This document shows, piece after piece, positions 37,352 to 47,261 of a stretch of DNA of 64,000 nt. The position numbers and the translations under genes were made by a program. The notes under the pieces are model-generated. The model searched no databases and was not told where the DNA came from. It was given only the letters and a program-made list of their open reading frames with translations. Origin of the DNA: Candidatus Bathyarchaeia archaeon (GTDB lineage: Archaea > Thermoproteota > Bathyarchaeia > Bathyarchaeales > SOJC01); assembly GCA_035319765.1 (NCBI GenBank), contig DATHCB010000148.1, forward strand, positions 1,076 to 65,075. The letters run 5' to 3'. The first letter of the stretch is position 1; each line of letters opens with the position of its first letter.

Positions 37352-37882
37352 GTGAAAAAAGAAATTGCCGTCTCAGAAGGTCTAAGGCATCTGCCCATAA
37401 GACCGGTATATCTTGTGACCGCGGAGCATGAAGGAAAAAGAAGCATCATAACCATAGGCATGTTCGCCTATTTCTCTGGAAAACCAACTTTGGTAGGTGT
37501 GGGCATAGCGCCCTCGCGATACTCTTTCGGCTTGATCAAGAAGAGCGGCGAGTTTGCAGTCAATGTAGTCGATGAAAAACTCTCAAACGCTGTTAGAATC
37601 TGCGGAGAGAACTCCGGTGCAAATGTTGACAAGTTCGAGCGGGCTCATTTGACACCTAAGAGGGGAGTCAAAGTGAACGCTCCTCTGATTGAAGAGAGCC
37701 CTCTGTCAATCGAGTGCAAGGTGATTAAAGAGGTAGAAACTGGCGACCACGTCTGGTTCATAGGCGAAGTGCTTGCGACAAGCGTTCGCGAAGGTTATGA
37801 TTGGAAGGACGGTTTACTGTTCAAATGGGTGGGCAAACGTGGATTTTACCACAAAGTGGGAATGGAAATAGGCGAATACTAA
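37352..37882 (+). CDS. Flavin reductase-like (FMN-binding split-barrel) protein
   Basis: PVYLVTAEHEGKRSIITIGMFAYFSGKPTLVGVGIAPSRYSFGLIKKSGEFAVNV is the typical flavin reductase domain pattern. GTG start. Confidence 0.8.
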   Translation: MKKEIAVSEGLRHLPIRPVYLVTAEHEGKRSIITIGMFAYFSGKPTLVGVGIAPSRYSFGLIKKSGEFAVNVVDEKLSNAVRICGENSGANVDKFERAHLTPKRGVKVNAPLIEESPLSIECKVIKEVETGDHVWFIGEVLATSVREGYDWKDGLLFKWVGKRGFYHKVGMEIGEY

Positions 37883-38146
37883 CTCGCCATAAGCCAAAAC
37901 AAAAGAATAAGAGCCAATATTCCAGTAATCAGCCAGGATGCGGTCACAGTCGAGAAGGAAGGCGTTGCCGTCATGGTCTCGAAAATTACGAAAATGCCCA
38001 CACTGCGCGTGGTCATGAGAGAGGTCCTTGAAAAACATAAGAAAAATCAACGTCTTATCTACCTCCGTAGAAAGCATTAAAGAAAAAACCTAAGCGGAAA
38101 GTGATGATCCGTATTCCATCCAAGGGTTAAAGGCGCATACTATGAT

Positions 38147-39139
38147 ATGGGCTACGCTTACGGAACCGTTTTGTACAGACATGGTTTCAGAGTTCCAGAC
38201 CAGTCAACTCAAAGACTCGATTTTGGACACAAATGCGAAAAAGAAGTCAGACTATTCTTTCCAGAAATCTTAGAAGAGATTCGTGGATTCACCGATGCAT
38301 GTAACGCTTCATACGAAAATCTGGCAGCTCTCATATTAGGCATCGGAGCCTTTTCGCCCAAGGCGGCTTGCAGCATCTTTGCGGCGTTTAATGGCTCTCA
38401 CGTAGTGTTCGGACGCAACTACGACTTTTACTATAGCCTCAAAGACAAGACCGAGAGCTACCTCACGTGCCCAAAGGACGGCTACCGGAGCGTGGGGCAA
38501 TCCGACATTTTCGTTGGAAGAGAAGACGGTATAAACGAGAAAGGGCTAGCAATTGGAATGACAGCCGTCGCAGCAAAGAATCTTAAACCAGGCGTAAGCT
38601 TCGCGCTTGCCACAAGATACATTCTTGACAAGCACGCCACAGTGGATGAAGCCGTCGAAACTCTTTCGCACGCGCATTTCTTGACCACGAACAATTACCT
38701 GCTGGCAGACAGGAATGGCAACATGGCTGTCGTTGAAGCAAGTCCAGACAAGATAAGGATACGAAGACCCGAAAGGGGCGAGAACTTCATAGTGTGCACA
38801 AACCATTTCTTGAACTCTGAAATGCTGGAAATGGAGGATCAAAAAGAAAGACCGCCCTACTCAATGGAAAGGTACGCCACTGTCCATAACACACTAAGAC
38901 AGCGCGATGGAAAGATTGACACAAAAGCAGCGCAGAGGCTTTTATCAAACCACAGCGGCCACGTGTGCTCTCATGTCAATAGCATTAAGCTCGGCACATT
39001 GTGGTCGATAGTTGCTAGGCTAAATGATCTCAAAGTGTTCAGGGCAGAAGGGGCACCGTGCAGAACGAAGTATAGACAAGACGAACGTCTCAATAGAGCA
39101 ATTCAAACCCGACAAAAAGGAGCCAAGCCAACTGAATGA
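38147..39139 (+). CDS. Peptidase C45 / acyl-CoA:6-aminopenicillanic acid acyltransferase-family Ntn hydrolase
   Basis: Candidate nucleophile context AACSIFAAF....VFGRNYDF. Size and pattern are typical of C45 or choloylglycine hydrolase-like proteins. Confidence 0.65.
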   Translation: MGYAYGTVLYRHGFRVPDQSTQRLDFGHKCEKEVRLFFPEILEEIRGFTDACNASYENLAALILGIGAFSPKAACSIFAAFNGSHVVFGRNYDFYYSLKDKTESYLTCPKDGYRSVGQSDIFVGREDGINEKGLAIGMTAVAAKNLKPGVSFALATRYILDKHATVDEAVETLSHAHFLTTNNYLLADRNGNMAVVEASPDKIRIRRPERGENFIVCTNHFLNSEMLEMEDQKERPPYSMERYATVHNTLRQRDGKIDTKAAQRLLSNHSGHVCSHVNSIKLGTLWSIVARLNDLKVFRAEGAPCRTKYRQDERLNRAIQTRQKGAKPTE

Positions 39140-39157
39140 CTTGTCCCTTCTTAGCAG

Positions 39158-39562
39158 CTATTGCTGCTCTCTCTCGTGGCGTTCCACCATGATGCACTTT
39201 TCGAATATTACGGCGATATTATTGTCTTTACAGAATTTTATCGCGGTCTCAGATTCGGAGCCCGGTTGCATCCACACTCGCTTGATGCCAAGTCTATTGC
39301 AGTCCTTGACAACTTCCTCAGTAACCTTCGGAGGCACCACGACATCGACGACGTCTGGCTTCTCCGGCAAAGTCTCCAGGCTTGGGTAGCACTTGTCGCC
39401 CAAGATCTCCTCTGCGTTCGGGTTTACTGGATACACTTTGTAGCCTCCGCTTTTCAGGTCTCTGTAGACACGATGGCCGTATTTTTCAGGATCTTTGCTA
39501 GCGCCCACGACGGCGATCAAGTTTTTCTTGTTGAGAAATTCCTCGATCAACTGCTCATCCAA
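39158..39562 (-). CDS. CoA-binding domain protein (YccU/YneT-like)
   Basis: IAVVGASKDPEKYGHRVYRDLKSGGYKVYPVNP....G.KCYPSL. Confidence 0.85.
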   Translation of the reverse strand: MDEQLIEEFLNKKNLIAVVGASKDPEKYGHRVYRDLKSGGYKVYPVNPNAEEILGDKCYPSLETLPEKPDVVDVVVPPKVTEEVVKDCNRLGIKRVWMQPGSESETAIKFCKDNNIAVIFEKCIMVERHEREQQ

Positions 39563-39586
39563 ACGCCGAATCTCCTGCAGGGGCGT

Positions 39587-40000
39587 CTAGATGCAGCGTG
39601 TTATTCTTTGTTCCAGCATTGGTCTCGGCATGGCGCCTACGATTCTATCCACGAGTTTGCCGTCCTTGAACACCAGCAGAGTTGGGATGCTCATAACTTG
39701 ATACTCCGTTGAGACTTCACAGTTTTCATCGACGTTCAATTTGCCGAACAAGATTTTTCCGCAATAATCCTTTGCTAGTTCCTCCACAATTGGACCGATC
39801 ATCCGACACGGACCACACCACGGCGCCCAGCAGTCAACCACAACAGCGGCGTTATTCTGAACCGTCTCCTTGAAAGTCGCGTCAGTTACCGTGATAGGTT
39901 TGTCAAAGTATTGCTTCTCCTCTTTTTCAATTACCTTTCGCGTCATTTCCTTCATTTTCGCCTGCTCGATCTTCTTCACTTCTTCATCATCGTCTTCCAT
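39587..40000 (-). CDS. trxA: Thioredoxin with an acidic/Lys-rich N-terminal extension
   Basis: VVVDCWAPWCGPCRMIGP active site and thioredoxin fold pattern. Confidence 0.9.
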   Translation of the reverse strand: MEDDDEEVKKIEQAKMKEMTRKVIEKEEKQYFDKPITVTDATFKETVQNNAAVVVDCWAPWCGPCRMIGPIVEELAKDYCGKILFGKLNVDENCEVSTEYQVMSIPTLLVFKDGKLVDRIVGAMPRPMLEQRITRCI

Positions 40001-40211
40001 CGGAACACCTTTCGTATGGAGAACTTTCTATCTGCTAGTTAATTAGGATTCTTTCTTTGCGCGCGCTCTTCGCGTGTTGCGAGTGCTCTGAATCTGACCT
40101 GCAAGCATTCTCTCACAGAACCATGGCATTGCATTGGGCGCGAAATTTGCTGTGGTTGCGTAGTTGGTGGTGCTACATGAATCGAAGGCTCTCACCTTCG
40201 ACCGATCGAAC

Positions 40212-40244
40212 GTGAATTCTGAGTACGAATTTTGTCTTCATAAT
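40212..40244 (+). repeat. Direct repeat block (29/33 identity) shared with 45151-45183; left end of the segmental duplication
   Basis: GTGAATTCTGAGTACGAATTTTGTCTTCATAAT vs GTGAATTCTGAGTATGAACCTTGTGTTCATAAT. Confidence 0.7.
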
Positions 40245-40257
40245 CAAAATATCTATA

Positions 40258-40623
40258 TTGCTGAAAGCTGTCTTCATGCAATCCGAAACCGAGAACTTCT
40301 CTGTCGAGCTTGGATTACCAGTCCCTTTGAAGCATCGCAGCAGGAGTTTTGAATTGTTCGAAGAGTACAGTGGCAAAGGCATTGCTGAAACGGTTAAAGA
40401 TCGCAAAGAGTCCTATGCAAAAGCCGATTCACGAACTAAGATGGAAATCGAAACAAGAACAAACGATGAGATCTCGAACTTCCAAAACTGGCTTGAATCA
40501 GTAAAGAAACTCACACCTCAAACAGCTTATTTCTATTCGATCAGTCTCAAGAGCCTATTCATCGGTCTACCGACAGGCCCTCAAATCGCTCAACTATTCA
40601 GCTCCATACTGGAGAACTTCTAG
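40258..40623 (+). CDS. Hypothetical protein (probable start ATG 40273)
   Basis: Non-repetitive ORF upstream of the SpoIIM-like gene. No family recognised. Confidence 0.4.
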   Translation: MLKAVFMQSETENFSVELGLPVPLKHRSRSFELFEEYSGKGIAETVKDRKESYAKADSRTKMEIETRTNDEISNFQNWLESVKKLTPQTAYFYSISLKSLFIGLPTGPQIAQLFSSILENF

Positions 40624-40817
40624 AAGCAGCAACACACAATATCTGTGGTGCACAGCATCGCGTCTTTTCCTGAATACGGAGCCCGACGGTCTATTTTCGT
40701 GACGCACTCAGGTGCAGTTTGTCAGATTTCATATTCCTAATGCTAATTCATAACAGATACCAACTGGACCCGCAGGCGTTTTAAGGAGGATCCACAACCA
40801 GAAGTAGTGATGCGGCA

Positions 40818-41357
40818 ATGATTACTGAGAAAAAAACGCGGTACTTCTCCAGTGGCTTCAAGATTGCGATCGTCATTTCATTAATCGTCCTACTAGCTAG
40901 TGCCCTACTCTGGGCCAACTATGCAGCCCTTACTGCTACGCCCACACAAGCACAACACGCAACGCAAACGATAACGTCCGAACGGCAAACCGCCACGTGG
41001 CAAGGCATATTCCTGAACAACCTTCGGGCAAGCTGGTTTCTGATCGTTCCAGTCCTCGGTTTGGCCGTCTTCTTTTTCATCTGGTACAACACAGCGACCA
41101 TCCTAGGCCTTGAAAGCGCCTATTACAACGTCAACGCTTCACTCGTTGTTCTACTTACACTAGGTGTAGGAGCCCTAGAAATCGCAGCATATATCATAGC
41201 CTTCGCAGAAAACCTCTACATCATTTATCTGGCGGTGGCCAACCTCGGAGCCATAAAAAGGATTAAGACGCAGTCATGGAAAACTTGGATAACATACGCC
41301 CTGCTGCTACTCATCGCTGCCATAGTTGAAGCAGGGCTAATCAGCAGAGGGTTATAG
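40818..41357 (+). CDS. SpoIIM-like (DUF95) integral membrane protein
   Basis: GIFLNNLRASWFLIVPVLG......YNT..ILG pattern and four to five TM helices. Confidence 0.65.
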   Translation: MITEKKTRYFSSGFKIAIVISLIVLLASALLWANYAALTATPTQAQHATQTITSERQTATWQGIFLNNLRASWFLIVPVLGLAVFFFIWYNTATILGLESAYYNVNASLVVLLTLGVGALEIAAYIIAFAENLYIIYLAVANLGAIKRIKTQSWKTWITYALLLLIAAIVEAGLISRGL

Positions 41358-41525
41358 CTTCGACTGAGCGCGCGCGAAACCTAAGACTTGGCTTCTTTTA
41401 AGACCTGTGAAGAAGCATACAATGATAAAATAGGGAGGTAAGTGAAAGCAAATATGAATGCAGAGCAGACCTAGCGCGCCAAGAAAGAAAGAGGGGGTTT
41501 AGTGCGTTTATTTTGTGCCATGTAT

Positions 41526-44500
41526 TCACTCGATGCCACGGAGAGTAACGTTGTAGTCCGCTATCAGGCTCATGTTTTGTCCTAGCGTTATCGTTATCGT
41601 AGCATCTGTGCTGAAAATGCTACTACCATTCGACCACCCAACGAAGGAGATCGTGGCGCCAAGCTTGCCGGTGCCTGTTTTATAAATTGTCGGGCTTACT
41701 GTTATAGTGTAGTTTCCTGGCAGAAGCACCACGCTCCCCGATCCATATGTACCTACAGTCTGACCTTGACTGTTCACGATTTTGAAGGCTAGGTTTGGTA
41801 CGGTTGTGTTTGCTGATAGCGTTAGGACGTAGCCAACGGTGACAGTTGCAGTGCTGGACGTTGCATGAGATCCTAAACCATCGGTAACATTGAGGAAGAC
41901 GGTGTAAGAACCCGTGGAAGACGGAGTGAAAGTCCAAGAAGCACCAGTAGCACCAGAAACAGCAACACCGTTCGAGTACCACTGATACGAATACGGAGAA
42001 GTACCGCCCGAGACTGTTGAGTTAAAGGTCTGGGACTGTCCAACAACCAAACTAGCAGAAATAGGCGAGATAGAAACAGAAGGCGCAGCGTTCACAACAA
42101 CTGAGATAGAAGCAGATGTCGCAGTCACTGGAGTGGTAGCGCTGTCGGTAATCTGTTCGTAAATAGTGTGTGAACCAGCCGAGGACGGGGAATAAGTCCA
42201 AATGGAGGCGGTAGCTCCCGAGACGGCTTTACCATCAAGATACCATTGAAAAGAATAAGGCTGAGTGCCGCCCCCTGTGTCACCAAGAGTAATGAAGGTT
42301 ACAGATTGGCCTGCATCCATGGTGAAAGGCACGGGCTGGGGCACGGTAAATGGTAATGTAAATGATTGGCTCGCATTTACACCGCTGAAATAAACAATCG
42401 CGCGCGCGCCGCTTGTGTAGTTAATTGTGATACTACCAGAGTAACCTGGGTCACCTGGCACCACCTGTTGCAGTGAAACGCCGAAGACTAGGTAGTCAGG
42501 GTAATTCGAAGGGAGCGGCAAATTAACAGTGATAGTGGCACCGCTATGTGTGAGTGCGTTGTAGTAAGCACCCACATAACCCAGACCAGGCTTTAACGGC
42601 GGCAGTGATTGATCAAACGTTAGTCCCCAATAGCACGGAACACTGATATCATCAGGGTCCATTGCAGTTATCATTACTGTCACCGGCACGGGCGCTTGTG
42701 AAATTATACCGATCCATAACGCTGAATTAACGGTCACAGTCGCGGCGTTGGATTTTGCTGATACATCTAGCGAGTCCGTGACTACCACGTAGACGGTATA
42801 AGAACCCGCAGTGGAGGGCATCAAAGTCCAACTTGAGCTGGTTGCGCCTGAGACCGCTGTTCCATTCTGGTACCACTTATAGGAGTACGGGGATTTGCCT
42901 CTCGAGGCGCTAGACGTGAAAGTCTGACTCTGACCAACATCCAAAGTTACGGAAGTGGGCGAGATAGACACAGAGGGACCATCCCACAACGTTGTTCCAT
43001 ATGTTGGTTGGGCCATTCCGTAGCCAAGGATGAGAGATTCTGGATGTTGACCCGTTGTCGGATAGTAGTAATAACCCTTTTCTCCAAACCATGTTGGAGC
43101 GAAATAGTTGCCAACGCCGAATATAACGCTCGTCAATGAGCCGCCAAGGTATGCATAGGCTGTCGGCACGGAATCTGTTAGCGATACGGGGTGCCAAGCA
43201 CTGTTGAAATAATACTCTATTGCTCCAAGATACGTGCTGCTAGCGCTATTGAAGAACCCGATCTGGAATGGCGTTCCACCACTAAAGTCAGATGAACTCA
43301 GGTCGTTTGTTTCAACGGCAACGCTGGATTGATTTCCTTTCATGATGGTTGAGCGTTCGTCACTGACGGGCAGACCCGAAATTGAATTGCCATTCAAGAT
43401 TCGTTTGCCAAAATTGAATTGCCATGCGTTAGTCGTGCTGTTGTACGTAATCGACATGTTGTAAGGCGTGCCCAATTGAACATTTGACGCTTGCCATGTT
43501 GGCCATACCCCAGATTGCGGATAAACGGCTTTATTGTTGCTGAGGTCCCAGCATTCTATCTGAACATAGTACGATTGTCCAATCTGCATTTCGACTATCT
43601 GCCATCCGTACGAGCCGTCACTCATCGTCAAAACATCGTCCCCTAAGTAGTAGGTCGCACTTGAACTTTGCCAGGACCCCCACGAACCATACGAAAGGAT
43701 CCCTGACACAGGGGAATTGCCAGAGATCTGCCCTGGATCAGCATACGCTCCCAAAGCCCATGTCCCATTATAATAGAATGTTGCGATGCAGCCCGACCAT
43801 GGCTCTGATGCGGTTAAGGTCGTACCTGAATCAGCGGGTCCGGCCGTGTTGCTGATGTTCCAAAGATAGGCTTCCGAAATGCCATTCGTTAAAGCTCCAT
43901 CATACATCAAAAACCCGTTTCTTGGATTGGTTTGGGCGGAAGCAGCCGCTAGTGTTGACCCTATCCACAACTCTTGAGCGTCGTTTGTGCTAGCTATAGT
44001 CCCGGTGTCAGTGGAAGCGCTGGTTCCGCTGTTCGTAGCGGTTTTGTCCACGAGGGCTAAACGGTAAGGGAAAAACCATGGGTGGTCGGCAATCGCAGAA
44101 GTAGGAAGGTTGTTGAAGTAGATCGTAATTCCTCCTGAATAGCTGCTGCCCTCGGTGACGTTGCCATACCAAATCTCATTGTCATAATAGTTGCTGCCTT
44201 GGGAAGTAGACTTGGAGACAGCTTTGCTCCACATGATGCCTGTTTGGCTTATGCTGGCAATCGTATCCGAGCTTGAAGTACCTATACTGCCGAGAGTAAG
44301 CACCAAGATACCAATGCTTGATACCGGGTCGCTCGTATTAGATGAGACCGCGCCCGAAGTTGTGTCCTTTTTTTCCCCACTGTTTTGTGCCTTGGCAAAG
44401 CTCAGCGAGGAGGCAACTGCCAGCGGCGTCGTTTTGCCAGAGTTTAATGCAGTCGCTGACGATCCCAATTGCTTCGACAAATCCAAACTGGATGGAACTC

Positions 44501-44642
44501 TGATACCCGCAGTGGGAGTTAAGGTTGGATAGCAGGACCCGAGGACTGATTTTGGTTCAGCTCGAGCTTGCAAACAGAAGCTAGGCGAAAGCGATGCGAA
44601 AATGATGAAAAGCACAGATACAAATATTAATTCCTTTTTCAT
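41526..44642 (-). CDS. Very large secreted protein (1038 aa) with three Ig-like repeats (SPYSY(K/Q)WY..G.AVSGAT...W) and a C-terminal beta domain; no C-terminal anchor
   Basis: Signal peptide MKKELIFVSVLFIIFASLSPSFCLQARA. Three repeats of about 85 aa at roughly aa 556-640, 770-850 and 852-935. Confidence 0.9.
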   Translation of the reverse strand: MKKELIFVSVLFIIFASLSPSFCLQARAEPKSVLGSCYPTLTPTAGIRVPSSLDLSKQLGSSATALNSGKTTPLAVASSLSFAKAQNSGEKKDTTSGAVSSNTSDPVSSIGILVLTLGSIGTSSSDTIASISQTGIMWSKAVSKSTSQGSNYYDNEIWYGNVTEGSSYSGGITIYFNNLPTSAIADHPWFFPYRLALVDKTATNSGTSASTDTGTIASTNDAQELWIGSTLAAASAQTNPRNGFLMYDGALTNGISEAYLWNISNTAGPADSGTTLTASEPWSGCIATFYYNGTWALGAYADPGQISGNSPVSGILSYGSWGSWQSSSATYYLGDDVLTMSDGSYGWQIVEMQIGQSYYVQIECWDLSNNKAVYPQSGVWPTWQASNVQLGTPYNMSITYNSTTNAWQFNFGKRILNGNSISGLPVSDERSTIMKGNQSSVAVETNDLSSSDFSGGTPFQIGFFNSASSTYLGAIEYYFNSAWHPVSLTDSVPTAYAYLGGSLTSVIFGVGNYFAPTWFGEKGYYYYPTTGQHPESLILGYGMAQPTYGTTLWDGPSVSISPTSVTLDVGQSQTFTSSASRGKSPYSYKWYQNGTAVSGATSSSWTLMPSTAGSYTVYVVVTDSLDVSAKSNAATVTVNSALWIGIISQAPVPVTVMITAMDPDDISVPCYWGLTFDQSLPPLKPGLGYVGAYYNALTHSGATITVNLPLPSNYPDYLVFGVSLQQVVPGDPGYSGSITINYTSGARAIVYFSGVNASQSFTLPFTVPQPVPFTMDAGQSVTFITLGDTGGGTQPYSFQWYLDGKAVSGATASIWTYSPSSAGSHTIYEQITDSATTPVTATSASISVVVNAAPSVSISPISASLVVGQSQTFNSTVSGGTSPYSYQWYSNGVAVSGATGASWTFTPSSTGSYTVFLNVTDGLGSHATSSTATVTVGYVLTLSANTTVPNLAFKIVNSQGQTVGTYGSGSVVLLPGNYTITVSPTIYKTGTGKLGATISFVGWSNGSSIFSTDATITITLGQNMSLIADYNVTLRGIE

Positions 44643-45150
44643 TTTCCTTTTTCTCCTTTGATTAAGAAGTCCAGTGTTATCTCACGTTCACTTATTCCGT
44701 TTTTGCACAAGTTCATTTCAAAAGCTTTTGTTATTATTGCGTTTTTTGCTTTTATGACGAAAAAAAGAAAAAAAGAAGGAATCAGCGCGCGTCCTTTCCC
44801 TCATTGGAAGCGGTTGCTACACTTGTGTTGCTATACTGCTCCGCACGAGAAGCATCCTGCGCGTCAGGAGCCTATTCGGCTTTACTGCATCTTAAGGTGA
44901 CTTGCTGTTTTCAGTGATCGCTTTATGTGTCAGCACTTTATTGAGATGTTCTAAAGCGTTAGGCTTCTCGACTAGCCCGGAGGCTAGTGCTAGGGCGTAG
45001 AGTAGCTCTTCTTGTTTTGTTGCGGTACTTGGAACTTGAGGAAGCGTTCTACCGGTTATGCGTTCTACTGCGATGGATGTGAAGTGTATCGTGGTTGTGG
45101 TTAACGATCATTATTGTGCATCGAAAACTTGCGCTTCAAACTGCCCTGAA

Positions 45151-45183
45151 GTGAATTCTGAGTATGAACCTTGTGTTCATAAT
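45151..45183 (+). repeat. Second copy of the 33-nt block of 40212-40244
   Basis: See 40212-40244. Confidence 0.7.
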
Positions 45184-45430
45184 AGCGCGCGCGTACAAAC
45201 ATGTCAATGCTTTGATTATCGTTCTAGTCACGTTCGCTCTCTTTCCGCTTGAAATTTTAGCCTATATTTTTGCTTTCGCAGAAAGCCTTTGCGTCACTTA
45301 CCTAGCGGTGCCCAAGCTCGGCGCCTGGGAGAGAATTAGGAAGCAATCATGGAGAACCGTGATAATCTTCGTTCTGCTACTGCTCGGTAGCGCCATAGCC
45401 GAGGCGATTCTTATCAGCATAGGGTTGTAA
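45164..45430 (+). pseudogene. Truncated paralog of the SpoIIM-like gene (only the last roughly 75 codons retained)
   Basis: VNALIIVLVTFALFPLEILAYIFAFAESLCVTYLAVPKLGAWERIRKQSWRTVIIFVLLLLGSAIAEAILISIGL aligns with the C-terminus of CDS 40818-41357. About 900 bp is missing relative to copy A. Confidence 0.55.
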
Positions 45431-45759
45431 ATCTGACCCAGGTCACGATGCTCGATGGATCAATGCCACTATTGCATGCGTATGGGCGTTCATCCGTAAA
45501 ACACTTCACGTAACTTTGCGTTGGTCTGCTTTATTGGCTCCTAGCCCTCTGGAATATGATTTGGGGTCACTCGTTTAGTTAGCGAGTGTATAGAAAGGGC
45601 TTATCTATTCACTTGTCGATACATCATAAAGACATTTTGGCTCTTGATTTCTCCGTCGACTTATCAAGACATTTGTCCAAGCATGTTTTCTGGAGATTCT
45701 CCACCAAACCGAGGAAGAAAGCTGGAATCGCCAGTTTCACGAATAAAAAAAGGATGGGT

Positions 45760-47088
45760 TTATTGTGTTTCTTTGACAGTTCTCTTCTTGACGAAAACTA
45801 GCGCTACTGTTGCCGCCGCCATCGTAAGGAATAGTAAGGCTGGAGTCGCGAATTCAGGCACCGCGTTAGGGGAGCCCGTCACAGTTCCCGATATACTTCC
45901 AGATTGCGCTGGCGGAATCGGAGTCAACTGGAAGTTGACGTTGGACGTCGTTTGGTTAACCGTCACACTTACGCCTGTAATAGTCGTCGAGTTGTAGCCA
46001 GTAGCTGACGCCGTGACATTGTACGTCCCTGTGCCCATGCCGTCCGAGATGACATAGTTGCCACTAGCATCAGTAACGGCACTTCCAAAGCCAGCCAAGC
46101 CGCCATCTGCATCTACGAAAGCGCCTTCGATCGGGTTGCCATTGCTCATGTCAGTAACTTTACCAGTTATAATGCCCGACGGAGTAGGCGGGGTAACAGT
46201 GATTTCCATGTTCACGTTAGACGTTTCTTGCCCTGCTGTGACACTGACGCCTGTGGTTTCATTAAAGCCGAAACTGCCATGTTCGCTGTAATCCGCAAAG
46301 ACGGTGTAGGTGCCATTACCTAAGCCACTCACTATGTTATAATATCCAGTCGCGTTAGAAGTCGCGCTTCCAAAATACGAACCGTATGTCGCCTCCACGC
46401 TCGCGTTTGCCAACGGGGCACCACTAGGATAAGCAGTTATTCTTCCAGAAATTGTGCCCGACCTCGCAAGCGCCAGATTAACTCCTGATGTAGTAGCGCC
46501 CGCAGTCACTGAGACTCCGCTGACTGTGCCCGTAACGTAGCCTGTCGGAAATAGTACGGTAACATTGTACGTGCCTGTAGCCAAGTTAGTTGCAATCGTG
46601 TAGTCGCCGTTTGAATCGGTTACTGCGAACCAGCCAAAGCTTCCCCCGCTACTCGAGGAGGCGTAGACGTCCACACCCTGCAAAGGAGCCGACGAAACCG
46701 CATCTGTCACTTTGCCAGTGATAGCGCCAGAAAGGTTGAGGTAAAGGTTCGTGCCTGAAGTCGTGTGTCCCACCGTGACCTGAGCAGTGGCGTTACTAAT
46801 CATGTATCCAGTCGCGATTGCCTCTACAGTGTAATTGCCTGATCCAAGCCCGCTATTAATCAAGTAGGCTCCAGATGAATCCGTTACAGCATATCCCGAA
46901 CCATTTGCGCCCGACGCGCTGACTATGGCGTTGACAACCGGTATTCCTGAAGCAGCATAAACGACACCTGAAAAGCGCACGTTCGAAGCCTGCGAAACCA
47001 GCACTAGAGACCAATTGCCTATCAAACTGAGAACTAACAGCGAAATCAAAATTTCCGAGAGAATCCCTCGTTTGAAAACCAACTCCAT
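45760..47088 (-). CDS. Secreted protein with about five carboxypeptidase-regulatory-like (CarboxypepD_reg) domains and PEF-CTERM-type anchor
   Basis: Repeats of the G.V.D..G.P..GA.V......G....TD..G.Y.I..L..G.Y.V.A...GY type. C-terminus NAVPEFATPALLFLTMAAATVALVFVKKRT, with PEF at 45850-45858. Confidence 0.9.
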   Translation of the reverse strand: MELVFKRGILSEILISLLVLSLIGNWSLVLVSQASNVRFSGVVYAASGIPVVNAIVSASGANGSGYAVTDSSGAYLINSGLGSGNYTVEAIATGYMISNATAQVTVGHTTSGTNLYLNLSGAITGKVTDAVSSAPLQGVDVYASSSSGGSFGWFAVTDSNGDYTIATNLATGTYNVTVLFPTGYVTGTVSGVSVTAGATTSGVNLALARSGTISGRITAYPSGAPLANASVEATYGSYFGSATSNATGYYNIVSGLGNGTYTVFADYSEHGSFGFNETTGVSVTAGQETSNVNMEITVTPPTPSGIITGKVTDMSNGNPIEGAFVDADGGLAGFGSAVTDASGNYVISDGMGTGTYNVTASATGYNSTTITGVSVTVNQTTSNVNFQLTPIPPAQSGSISGTVTGSPNAVPEFATPALLFLTMAAATVALVFVKKRTVKETQ

Positions 47089-47261
47089 ACAAACACACCT
47101 AACTATTAGGTCAAGGAGTTCATATTAAAGACTTACGCCCATGCATGCGCAATTTTTTCAGCCTTATTTTCCATTATCTTAACGTTTATAGTTTTTGTTT
47201 CATTCACTGGCAAGTTCGCGATCTATGTTCTATTAGTTTTTCCATAAGAATTCGCGGTCGT

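Noticed and set aside
39161-39712. 183-aa plus-strand ORF across the CoA-binding and thioredoxin genes.
   Set aside because: It is antisense to two confidently recognised genes, and no domain is recognised.
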